Source: an uncultured Gemmatimonadales bacterium (GTDB taxonomy: Bacteria > Gemmatimonadota > Gemmatimonadetes > Gemmatimonadales > GWC2-71-9). From it: a stretch of 64,000 bases of DNA. Positions 20,633 through 28,398 of the stretch are shown in pieces (positions within the stretch are counted from its first letter, which is position 1; every line of letters starts with the position of its first letter). The stretch spans positions 96,001 to 160,000 of the forward strand of contig CAVYSW010000006.1 in assembly GCA_963771275.1 (NCBI GenBank). Direction: 5' to 3'. The translations under genes were made by a program, and so were the position numbers. The notes beneath the pieces were generated by a model. It saw only the letters and a program-made list of their open reading frames with translations. It did no database searches and was not told where the DNA came from.

Positions 20633-21382
20633 ATGGAAACCACGCTCCGCAGTATCCCGCTGTTCTCGCAGCTACGCGAGTCGGACCTGTGGCGCATTCG
20701 CGAGGCAACGGTCAGCAGGTCCTACCCGAAGGACAGCATCATCCTGTTCGAGGGCGAGCAGGCTGAGGCGCTCTACGTCGTGCTGTCGGGCCGCGTGAAG
20801 GTCGTCTACGTGTCCGAGGACGGTCGCGAGGTCATCCTGGGCACGCGGGACAAGAGCGATTTCTTCGGGGAAACGGCGCTGCTGGACGAGCTGCCCAACC
20901 CGGCGCACGTGATCGCGATGCAGGACACCGAGCTGCTGGTGCTGCGGCGCGAGGAGTTCCGGCGCTGTCTGAACGAGATGCCGGGGGTGAGCCTCGGATT
21001 GCTGCGGGCACTGTCCCGCCGGCTGCGGTCGCAGGACGACACGATCCGCGGGCTCGTACTGCTGGACGTGCGGGGGCGTGTCGCGCGGCTGATTCTGGAT
21101 CTGGCCGAGCGCAACGACGGCAGCGCGGTGCCCAAGGGGATCACGCACAACCTCATCGCCCAGATGGTGGGTGCGAGTCGGGAGACCGTGTCGCGCACGC
21201 TGCGCGAGCTGACGACGGAGGGGCTGCTTCAGGTCACCGGGCGGCGCATCGCGGTGGCCAACCGCCCCGCGCTCGCCGCGGCCGCTCAGCTCGAGCCCGT
21301 GACCCGGTACGAGCCGGCCCCGCCGGTGGCGGTGGGGCAGCCGTTTGCGCGACGGGCGACGGACGCGGCGGCGGGATCATAG
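20633..21382 (+). CDS. Crp/Fnr family transcriptional regulator
   Basis: cNMP-binding fold ([14 protein letters not shown]); [17 protein letters not shown]. Confidence 0.92.
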   Translation: METTLRSIPLFSQLRESDLWRIREATVSRSYPKDSIILFEGEQAEALYVVLSGRVKVVYVSEDGREVILGTRDKSDFFGETALLDELPNPAHVIAMQDTELLVLRREEFRRCLNEMPGVSLGLLRALSRRLRSQDDTIRGLVLLDVRGRVARLILDLAERNDGSAVPKGITHNLIAQMVGASRETVSRTLRELTTEGLLQVTGRRIAVANRPALAAAAQLEPVTRYEPAPPVAVGQPFARRATDAAAGS

Positions 21383-21407
21383 GGGAGCCTGCCGGGCACC
21401 AGGGGAT

Positions 21408-21435
21408 GGCGGGCCGCCTCGGGGCGGCCCGTTTT
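21408..21435 (+). terminator. Intrinsic terminator after the crp-family gene
   Basis: GCGGGCCGCC-TCGG-GGCGGCCCGT followed by TTT. Confidence 0.65.
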
Positions 21436-21510
21436 GCGTCAGGCGTCCGCGGCCGTGGGGCAATCCAGCCGGCCCGGGGTATACCGATGGACCCTCTTCG
21501 GAACGACCTC

Positions 21511-21944
21511 ATGACACCGCGCTCGATCGTCTTCCGATCCCTCGGAGCCGCCCTCGCCGTCGCACTGACGGCCGCCGCGGTAGCCGCGCAGCATGCCGGT
21601 CACCAGGAACAGGCGCCGGGTGCGCCCACCAAGGCCGTGGCCGTTCTCGCTCCAACGGCGGGCAACACGGTCCATGGGGTGGTGACGTTCATGGCCGTGG
21701 ACGGCGGCGTGCGGATCACGGCTCAGGTCGAGGGCCTTCCGGCCGGTGGCCATGGGTTCCACATCCACGAGTACGAGGAACGGCATCGTACGACCGGACG
21801 GACCCGCAGGTGAGCCTGACCGGCGCGCACGGCATCATTGGCCGAGCTGTGATCGTCCATGCCCAGCCCGACGACTTCACGACCCAGCCCACCGGGGGCG
21901 CGGGCGCGCGGCTGGCCTGCGGCGTCATCGGGATCGCGAAGTAG
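21511..21944 (+). pseudogene. sodC: Cu/Zn superoxide dismutase with internal deletion and frameshift
   Basis: N-half (signal peptide..GHGFHIHEY) and C-half ([26 protein letters not shown]) are in different frames. The GDC..AGGHFNP..H..HxGDLGN segment is absent. Confidence 0.8.
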
Positions 21945-22038
21945 CAACCAGCCCTGTGGGTGATCCGCCGAACGATGTGCCAGCTCCCTGGGCGCGGTGG
22001 CGTCGCGCCGGCGAGCGCCTCAAGGCCTCTCGGAACCG

Positions 22039-22584
22039 TCAATGGCCACCGAAGAAGAGCGCAACCCCGAGCTGACCCCCGATCGTGAACGTGCCGGGGA
22101 AATGCGAGCTCTCAAACGAATACTGGACGGGGAACTCCGTGCGGAGCGAAACGCGATCGGCGAGCCGCGTCTTGGCGCCGAATGACGCCCCGATGCCGAA
22201 TTGGACGTCGCTGTCACCCACGCCTGACGCCCCGGCGTTTACGAACCTGAGGGCGCCGAACGGAGCGAAGAACATGCCACGCCGTACACCCTCAAAGGAG
22301 ATGGAGACGCCGAGGCCGAGGCCCGCAACGAGGAGATTGGCACCGTCTACGCGAGCAAAGGCAATCGAGACCGATGGCTCGATGGCCAAGCGCTCACGTA
22401 TCGGGATACCCAGGTAGATGCCGCTACCAGCTGTCTGAAAGGAGAAGACGTGCGTTCCGCCGCCCGACGCATACGAGAACATGCCGACCGCCGCGCCAAC
22501 TTCCATCGCTCGACCCTGCGCGTACGCGAACCCAAGCGGAAGCACGAAACCCGTGAATGCGAATACCACGATCATCTTGCGCAT
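22039..22584 (-). CDS. Outer-membrane beta-barrel protein
   Basis: Signal peptide MRKMIVVFAF..AYA; alternating beta-strands; C-terminal aromatic residues (ALFF). Confidence 0.65.
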   Translation of the reverse strand: MRKMIVVFAFTGFVLPLGFAYAQGRAMEVGAAVGMFSYASGGGTHVFSFQTAGSGIYLGIPIRERLAIEPSVSIAFARVDGANLLVAGLGLGVSISFEGVRRGMFFAPFGALRFVNAGASGVGDSDVQFGIGASFGAKTRLADRVSLRTEFPVQYSFESSHFPGTFTIGGQLGVALFFGGH

Positions 22585-22765
22585 GCCCGCCCCCGGTTGG
22601 TTGGAGTGCGACCGTTGTCTGACCGGCGGCGCGCCCCCCTGCCCACCCGGGAACGCGACACGCGGAGGCATGAATTCGGATTCGCGGTCTGAAACCGCCG
22701 TGAAGGGGGGATGAAGCGCGGTTGACGGCGCGCGGGAAGGTCAAGTGGCCGTGGGTATTGGCCTG

Positions 22766-22808
22766 ATGGAGCGGACGGGATTCGAACCCGTGACCCCCTG
22801 CTTGCAAA
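22766..22808 (-). repeat. att site: 43-bp duplicate of the tRNA-Ala 3' half
   Basis: Identical to 30831-30873 (atggagcggacgggattcgaacccgtgaccccctgcttgcaaa). Confidence 0.95.
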
Positions 22809-22919
22809 TTAGAGGCTCCGGGACTCCCAGCGATTCCCCGCCGTTCCCGATTCTCCCGTTTCCCCTCTGAAAACGCGCTCTTGCCGGTTCCTAGACGTTC
22901 CCCTAGATTCCTTCCAAGT

Positions 22920-22953
22920 GGTTACCCGGCGGCTACCCCAGGTCCGGGTAACC
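22920..22953. repeat. Putative integrase arm-type sites, left end
   Basis: GGTTACCC-GGC-GGCTACCC plus inverted GGGTAACC; matches 30763-30781. Confidence 0.7.
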
Positions 22954-22974
22954 CAACCCGTCAGGGGGTGCCGG

Positions 22975-24291
22975 ATGCGCGCCAAGCTCACCAAGAGGAT
23001 CGTGGACAGCCTACGCTGCCCCAGGACGGGCGATCGGTTCGCCTGGGATACCGAGTTGCGGGGGTTCGGCATCCGGGTCAAGCCGAGCGGCGCGAAGAGC
23101 TTCTGTCTCGCCTACTACGCGCCCGGGCTCCACAAGGTGCGTCGCCGGCTCACGCTCGGCGCGTATGGCGTGCTCACCGTAGAGCAGGCCCGCGCCAAGG
23201 CGACCGAGATCCTGGGGCGCGTGCTGAAGGGAGAGGATCCTGCTCGAGAGCGTGTCGAAGCCCGCCGCGCCGCGGAGCAGGAGACGGTCGAGAAGCTGTT
23301 CAACGAGTACCTGGACGACGGCCGCGCCCGGTTCAAGTTGCGAACGGTCGAGGCGTTTGAGAGCGTCGGCCGCTTGTACATCATCCCGAACCTGGGCACG
23401 CTCCCCGTGTCGCGCGTCACCGTGCGCGACGTGGCCCGCTTGCACCACGAGTTGCGCGACAAGCCGGTGCAAGCGAACCGCGTCGTGTCCGTCTTGAAGG
23501 CGTTCTACTACTGGCTCGAACGGCGCGCGCTGTTCACCGGGACGAATCCCGCGCGCCACGTCGAGCCCTATCCAGAGAACCCGCGCGAGCGGTTCCTGTC
23601 CGTCGAGGAGATGGGGAAGATCGGCCAGGCGCTCCGCGTCGCCGAAACGCTCGGCCTGCCCCCGGCACCGGAGCACAAGCGGCCACCTGGCACATCGAAG
23701 CGGGAGCGCAACGCGGGGATGTTTGCCCCGCGGCTCGAAGCCGCGAACCCCGTCACCGTGGCGGCGCTCCGCTTCCTGCTGTTCACCGGCTGGCGCGAGC
23801 AAGAGGCGTTGACGCTCCAGTGGAGCGACGTCAACCTGAAGGCGGGAATCGCCACGCTCGCCGACACGAAATCCGGGAAGAGCGTGCGGGCGCTCGGCGC
23901 TCCGGCGCTCGAGCTGCTGGCGGCGCAACCACGGGTGCAGGGCTCGCCCTATGTGTTCCCGGGCCGCGATCCGTCGAAGCCACTCGAGGGGGTGCGCCGC
24001 CTCTGGCACGCTGTCCGCTGTGAAGCGGGACTCGAAGGCGTCCGGCTCCATGACCTACGGCATTCCGTCGCGTCGTTCGCGGGTGGGCGTGGGTACTCTC
24101 TCTTCCTCATCGGGAAGCTCTTGGGCCACAAGACGGCGCGCTCGACGGAGCGGTACGCGCACCTGGCCGACGATGCGCGCAAGCTGATGGCCGACGACGT
24201 GAGCACTGTGATTAAAGAGGCGTTGGAAGCATCGGACCTGGAGACGGCGCATCTCGCCGCGCCCGTCATGTCGCTCCGCGGACGGCGCTAG
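22975..24291 (+). CDS. Tyrosine recombinase/integrase with N-terminal arm-binding domain
   Basis: KLTKRIVD, WDTELRGFGIRV, LTLGAYG; catalytic TGWR, TKSG, HDLRH, LLGH, TERYAH. Confidence 0.95.
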   Translation: MRAKLTKRIVDSLRCPRTGDRFAWDTELRGFGIRVKPSGAKSFCLAYYAPGLHKVRRRLTLGAYGVLTVEQARAKATEILGRVLKGEDPARERVEARRAAEQETVEKLFNEYLDDGRARFKLRTVEAFESVGRLYIIPNLGTLPVSRVTVRDVARLHHELRDKPVQANRVVSVLKAFYYWLERRALFTGTNPARHVEPYPENPRERFLSVEEMGKIGQALRVAETLGLPPAPEHKRPPGTSKRERNAGMFAPRLEAANPVTVAALRFLLFTGWREQEALTLQWSDVNLKAGIATLADTKSGKSVRALGAPALELLAAQPRVQGSPYVFPGRDPSKPLEGVRRLWHAVRCEAGLEGVRLHDLRHSVASFAGGRGYSLFLIGKLLGHKTARSTERYAHLADDARKLMADDVSTVIKEALEASDLETAHLAAPVMSLRGRR

Positions 24292-24816
24292 GTGCCTGAC
24301 ATCGCGGAGCTCGGCTTGCGCCTCAAAGATGGGAAGGTTGTCGGCACCACTCGCCCGTGGGTCCACACGCTGCACAACATCCAATGCCGCATCGACAAGG
24401 GCGAGACGCCAACGCACGCCGAGATCCTCGCCGCCCTCGCGGCGCATCCCGACGTCGGGCCGGCCATCGCCAATCTGCTCACCAAGGGCAAGAGGAAACG
24501 GGGTCCGCGTGCGAACCCCGACGCCAAGTGGGCGCGCCATCTTTCGCGCGTGTGGGCGGTGAGCCTTCGCGAAGCGGAGTTGCGGCGGCAAGGCGAGCGG
24601 TGTGCGGCCTCGCGTGCCCAGAAAGAGGTGGCGAAGGAACTTGGGATCGCTCTCGCCACACTGAAAGATGCTGTGCGGCGCGCGCCCCTGGGGGCACCGG
24701 CGGGGATCTGCACCATGCACCGCGCGATGCGGGACTACGGCCGAGCTGCTGGCCTTCCTTCGCGCGCACCCCGACGTCGGGCCGGCTCTCACCGACCTGC
24801 CAAGGGGGGTAAGTAA
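24292..24816 (+). CDS. Hypothetical element protein, possible HTH (AQKEVAKELGIALATLK)
   Basis: Starts immediately after the integrase stop; HTH-like segment; contains an out-of-frame internal repeat. Confidence 0.45.
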   Translation: MPDIAELGLRLKDGKVVGTTRPWVHTLHNIQCRIDKGETPTHAEILAALAAHPDVGPAIANLLTKGKRKRGPRANPDAKWARHLSRVWAVSLREAELRRQGERCAASRAQKEVAKELGIALATLKDAVRRAPLGAPAGICTMHRAMRDYGRAAGLPSRAPRRRAGSHRPAKGGK

Positions 24817-24876
24817 AACCGACGAAATAGCTACCCGCATTACGCGATGCCCGCGGCCGTTCCTACCTTGTCCCCC

Positions 24877-25104
24877 ATGACGATCCCCACTGATACGCTA
24901 CTCCTCACCGCGCACCAAGCCAGCGAGCTGCTCGGCCTGGCCGCCTCGACGCTCGCGAAGATGCGCCTCCGCGGTGACGGCCCCAGGTACGTGAAGCTCG
25001 GCGTCTCCGTGCGCTACCCGGTCAGCGCGCTCGAGGCGTACGTCGCCAGCGCGCCACTCCGTCGCTCAACCAGTGAGTACCTCCCCCGGCACCGAGAGGC
25101 ATGA
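24877..25104 (+). CDS. Excisionase/AlpA-like HTH_17 DNA-binding protein
   Basis: LLTAHQASELLGLAASTLAKMRLRGDGPRYVKLGVSVRYPVSALEAY. Confidence 0.88.
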   Translation: MTIPTDTLLLTAHQASELLGLAASTLAKMRLRGDGPRYVKLGVSVRYPVSALEAYVASAPLRRSTSEYLPRHREA

Positions 25105-25334
25105 CCATGACGACACCCTGGCCCCAACAACCACCCCCGGCGCCCTCGGTGCTCGACCGCTCCGTCCAGGCGACCTTCGACGCCAAAATGGCAGAAATCC
25201 AAGAAGCAGAAAACCGGCTACGGCAATCCGATGACTGGTTCGACTTGCCGACGCGGGAGCGGCAGCGGCTCCTCGGCCCGCTCGAGGCGGAACGCGCAGA
25301 GCTGCGGCGCGTCATGAAGGACTTCGGGTTGTGA
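25101..25334 (+). CDS. Hypothetical coiled-coil protein
   Basis: ATGA coupling to xis, GAGG RBS, helical composition. Confidence 0.6.
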   Translation: MTMTTPWPQQPPPAPSVLDRSVQATFDAKMAEIQEAENRLRQSDDWFDLPTRERQRLLGPLEAERAELRRVMKDFGL

Positions 25335-25672
25335 AGGGGCGCGTCGATCGTTTGTGGCGGGACCTGCGCTGCCGGGAAGCCGTGAAGCTGCGTGCCCAGG
25401 GCCGCGCCGTCGCCAGCGGCTTCGACCTGGCGCGTCCTGACAGCATCGCCGCCCTCGCCGCCCTCGATCCGATCGGCCGGCAGGCATGTCTGGCCGCGCT
25501 CAAAGTGGAGCAGCTCGAGCAGCTCGCCGCGGGCGACGACTTCCGCGCCGCGTACGGGGTCGGGCTCGATGACCTGAGTGATGGGGAGCTCAAGCGGCTC
25601 GCCGCCGGCGAAGACCCCCACACCGTGCTCAGGGGCGGTGAGCGTGGACGTGGTGAGCAACAGTCACCGTGA
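25331..25672 (+). CDS. Hypothetical protein
   Basis: GTGA coupling; LDDLSDGELKRLA motif common in small phage proteins. Confidence 0.55.
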   Translation: MKGRVDRLWRDLRCREAVKLRAQGRAVASGFDLARPDSIAALAALDPIGRQACLAALKVEQLEQLAAGDDFRAAYGVGLDDLSDGELKRLAAGEDPHTVLRGGERGRGEQQSP

Positions 25673-26048
25673 CGGTCAGCGTCGATGCGAGGCGCGCACC
25701 GCCACCGGGAAGCCCTGCCGTATGCCTCCACTCGCCGGCCGGTCATTCTGTTTCAACCACGATCCGGAGCGGGCGCGCGATCGTGCGACGGCTCGCCGTC
25801 GTGGGGGGAAGCAGTCGCGCCGCGATGCGCAAAAGGCCTCGACGCCGGCGGCCGTGGGCACCGTCGAGCAGCTGCAGGGGATCCTCGGCAAGGCGATCGC
25901 GGACATTCAGGTGCTCGAGAACAGCTGCAGCCGCGGCCGTACGCTCGCCTCGCTGGTGCACACCGGCCTCGCGGCGCTCGAGGTCGGGGAGCTCGAGCAG
26001 CGGTTGCGCGTGCTCGAGGAGCGGTTCGGCGCGGCGCGGAGCTCGTGA
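25650..26048 (+). CDS. Zn-finger plus coiled-coil protein, small-terminase-like (DUF5763/HGGxSTG-like)
   Basis: CEARTATGKPCRMPPLAGRSFCFNHDP..RRGG and C-terminal EVGELEQRLRVLEE; start uncertain. Confidence 0.6.
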   Translation: MVSNSHRDGQRRCEARTATGKPCRMPPLAGRSFCFNHDPERARDRATARRRGGKQSRRDAQKASTPAAVGTVEQLQGILGKAIADIQVLENSCSRGRTLASLVHTGLAALEVGELEQRLRVLEERFGAARSS

Positions 26049-26690
26049 GATGATCGTGATGTTCGAGGTGAACGTGATGTCCAGGGGTGGCGCGGTGCAC
26101 GCAAGTGCTCGGGTAGAGCAGGCCCGGCGGGGATGATCCCCACCCCGGCCGCGCGTTCCCTCGGGTCGGGCTGATAGAAGAACAACGCGCCCCGGGCGTG
26201 CAACCCGGAGGCGCGGACCTACTAGCGGCGCGAAAGGGGCGCCACTCGATGCAGAATCTAGCGCGACCATATGACACGCGGCAAGCCGGGAACCGAGCCC
26301 GCCGCACGCGGGAAGGCACGCTGTAGGTGTTCGTGCAGCTGTAGGTGTTGATGTAGGTGATGCACGGCAGTTCTGACACCGTTCTGCCGGTCCCGGGAGC
26401 GAGCCCGGGCGAATCCCAACGGGATGAAGGCAAAGGGGACCGAACTAATCCGGGCTCTGTGGAGACAACCCGGGCCGCCCGAATCCCCTCTGCTGGTTTG
26501 AGGCCGCGTTGAAGGGCCTCTAATGGCTCCCCGATGGGGGCCGCGAACCCGACCCGTTCGCGCGATCATCGGCGCCACCTTCAACCTACTCGCTTTGATG
26601 GCCCCTCGCTGTACAGGGGGTAGTCCGAAGGTCCTGGGCGGCGTACTCGGGTCACAAGGATGGACGCACTAGCCGTAACGGGGGGCCGTC

Positions 26691-26960
26691 GTGAGTGAGG
26701 GTGTTAGCCGTAACGCGAGGGTGCTGGTCGTGGCGCAGTGCATCGCGTGTCACGCGCCCCGCTGGCTTGCGCTCGACGGACGGGGGCACACCAAACCCCT
26801 CTTGGTGCATTGCGCCGGGTGTCACCGCGACGTGCCCCTACCATCGGTCCCGCGTCCGGCACGCCGGCGTCGGGCGACACGGCGCGACGTGGTGTTCTGC
26901 TCGTCGGCGTGCCGTCAAGCGCTTTCCGGGAACGTCACCGCGCTTGAGGAGAAGAAATGA
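26691..26960 (+). CDS. Small Cys-rich (Zn-ribbon) phage-type protein
   Basis: CIAC, CAGC and FCSSACRQ motifs; overlaps the next start (ATGA). Confidence 0.45.
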   Translation: MSEGVSRNARVLVVAQCIACHAPRWLALDGRGHTKPLLVHCAGCHRDVPLPSVPRPARRRRATRRDVVFCSSACRQALSGNVTALEEKK

Positions 26961-27517
26961 CGCAGCAAGTCATCAACATCGGCACGATCCCCGGCGACCA
27001 CACGGGCACCAAAGGGCTCCGGACCGCCGGCGACATGATCAACGACAACTTCGGCGAGCTGTACGCGGCGGTTGACGCCCTGAGTGGCTTTGACCTCGAG
27101 GGCCTGTCGGATGCGGTGGACGTGCTCACCGCGACCGTGGCGCCCTTCACGACGGGCGCAGACGTGGCCGTAGATCGTGCGGTGCGCTGCGGCTTGGCAA
27201 CGGTGACCGTGGCGAGCGGCGACGTGGCCAAGAGCATCGCCCTGACCGCCGCGAACGTCACGCGCGTCCTCCTGGGGAACACCAATCCCGTCGAACTGAC
27301 ACTAACCGGCCCGGTCGCCGGCGCGTGCTACAGCTTGGCGCTCTATGCGAGTGGCGGCGCGCGGTCGTTTACCTGGGGCACGTCCGTTACCTGGGTCGGC
27401 GACGAACCGGACGGCACGCTCGCGCCGGGTAACGCGCAGATCGTGACCTTGCTTGCCATGTCGGGCGGTATCCTACTCGGCTGGGCGTCCGCAGAGGGCG
27501 CCTACGGGGCCATCTGA
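26957..27517 (+). CDS. Phage tail/baseplate-associated protein with T4 gp9/gp10-like N-terminus
   Basis: QQVINIGTIPGDHTGTKGLRTAGDMINDNFGELY resembles the T4 gp9/gp10 N-terminal motif; C-terminal RSFTW..VTW.G..P tail-fibre-type module; GAGGAG RBS. Confidence 0.7.
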   Translation: MTQQVINIGTIPGDHTGTKGLRTAGDMINDNFGELYAAVDALSGFDLEGLSDAVDVLTATVAPFTTGADVAVDRAVRCGLATVTVASGDVAKSIALTAANVTRVLLGNTNPVELTLTGPVAGACYSLALYASGGARSFTWGTSVTWVGDEPDGTLAPGNAQIVTLLAMSGGILLGWASAEGAYGAI

Positions 27518-27972
27518 TGCCAGCGTACAACCGGCTGCTCGCGGCGCTCGAGTTGGTCGGTGGCGGCGACCCGTGTTCCGGCGCGCCCTCGATCGTGTCG
27601 GTGACGGCCAGCACGGCGAGCAACCCGTGCGCCTCACATGGCGTCACGCATACCGGCGAAGTGGATCTGTCGGACGTGCTGAGGGGCGGGTTGAAACTGC
27701 AATGGGAAGTCTACACCGACGAGGATAGCGGCTGGCGAACACCGAGCGGTGGCGCCTACACGAGCCCAGGCGGGACCGTGAGCGTCAACACGGACCTCGG
27801 GCTCGGTGGCTATGACACCGCGGGGACGGACGGCGGGCCGCTGTCCATTGGCACCCCGACCGCGAAGTTTCGCTGTCGCATCGTGCGGAGTGATGGGACC
27901 GCGTGCGGCGCGGGGACGTGGACCGAGAGCAGTTACTCAACGGATGGCGCGGACATGTACGAATGCGCGTAG
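27517..27972 (+). CDS. Hypothetical Gly/Thr/Cys-rich beta protein, possibly virion-associated
   Basis: TGATG coupling to the upstream gene; good codon usage. Confidence 0.55.
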   Translation: MPAYNRLLAALELVGGGDPCSGAPSIVSVTASTASNPCASHGVTHTGEVDLSDVLRGGLKLQWEVYTDEDSGWRTPSGGAYTSPGGTVSVNTDLGLGGYDTAGTDGGPLSIGTPTAKFRCRIVRSDGTACGAGTWTESSYSTDGADMYECA

Positions 27973-28240
27973 ACCTCGGACGGCTCGGCCGCCGCACCAG
28001 GATGCCCTAGGAAGGGCCGAGCTAGGCCGTGGTGGGACGTGCTCGACGTGGTGACCACGCAGACCCAGATGGCGACCCCACCCATCTGACACGGCGTTCG
28101 GTAGTCGCACGATGCGACTACCGCCCGCGCCGTGATTGAAGCTTCGGCGCTCGCTGAGCGCGTTGCCGCCCTCGAAGCGGCGACCGCGTGGCCTCGGGCG
28201 CACTAACGGGTGTCACATCGGGAGTGCATATTTCCCCGTG

Positions 28241-28382
28241 GTCCAACCACCGCGTTGAACCGGGCTGGCCCGGCGGCTGGTGGAATGCTCACTCAATGGG
28301 GCAGGTTTCGTTGAGGACGTCACTTGACACACGTTGCTGCTAGCGGAGCCGTGGGCCGGCGCAAACGCGCGGGCCGTTAGAC
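28241..28382 (+). other. Integron attC-like recombination site (solitary)
   Basis: Begins GTCCAAC (RYYYAAC) and ends GTTAGAC (GTTRRRY); inner CGCGTTG../..AACGCG boxes; next ATG 16 bp downstream. Confidence 0.65.
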
Positions 28383-28398
28383 GGTCACCCTCTGTCCG

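Noticed and set aside
22039..22584. OMP gene as part of the island
   Set aside because: It lies outside the att repeat, so it is not cargo of this element, though it could be an older acquisition.
22766..22808. A second tRNA-Ala gene
   Set aside because: Only the 3' half is present and identity stops in the anticodon loop, so it is the att duplicate.
26168..26245. Hammerhead ribozyme (CTGATAGA...GAAA)
   Set aside because: The core deviates from CUGANGA and I could not build the three required stems.
26691..26960. Diheme cytochrome c (two CxxCH motifs)
   Set aside because: No signal peptide, phage-like context and an extra FCSxxCR motif favour a Zn-binding protein.
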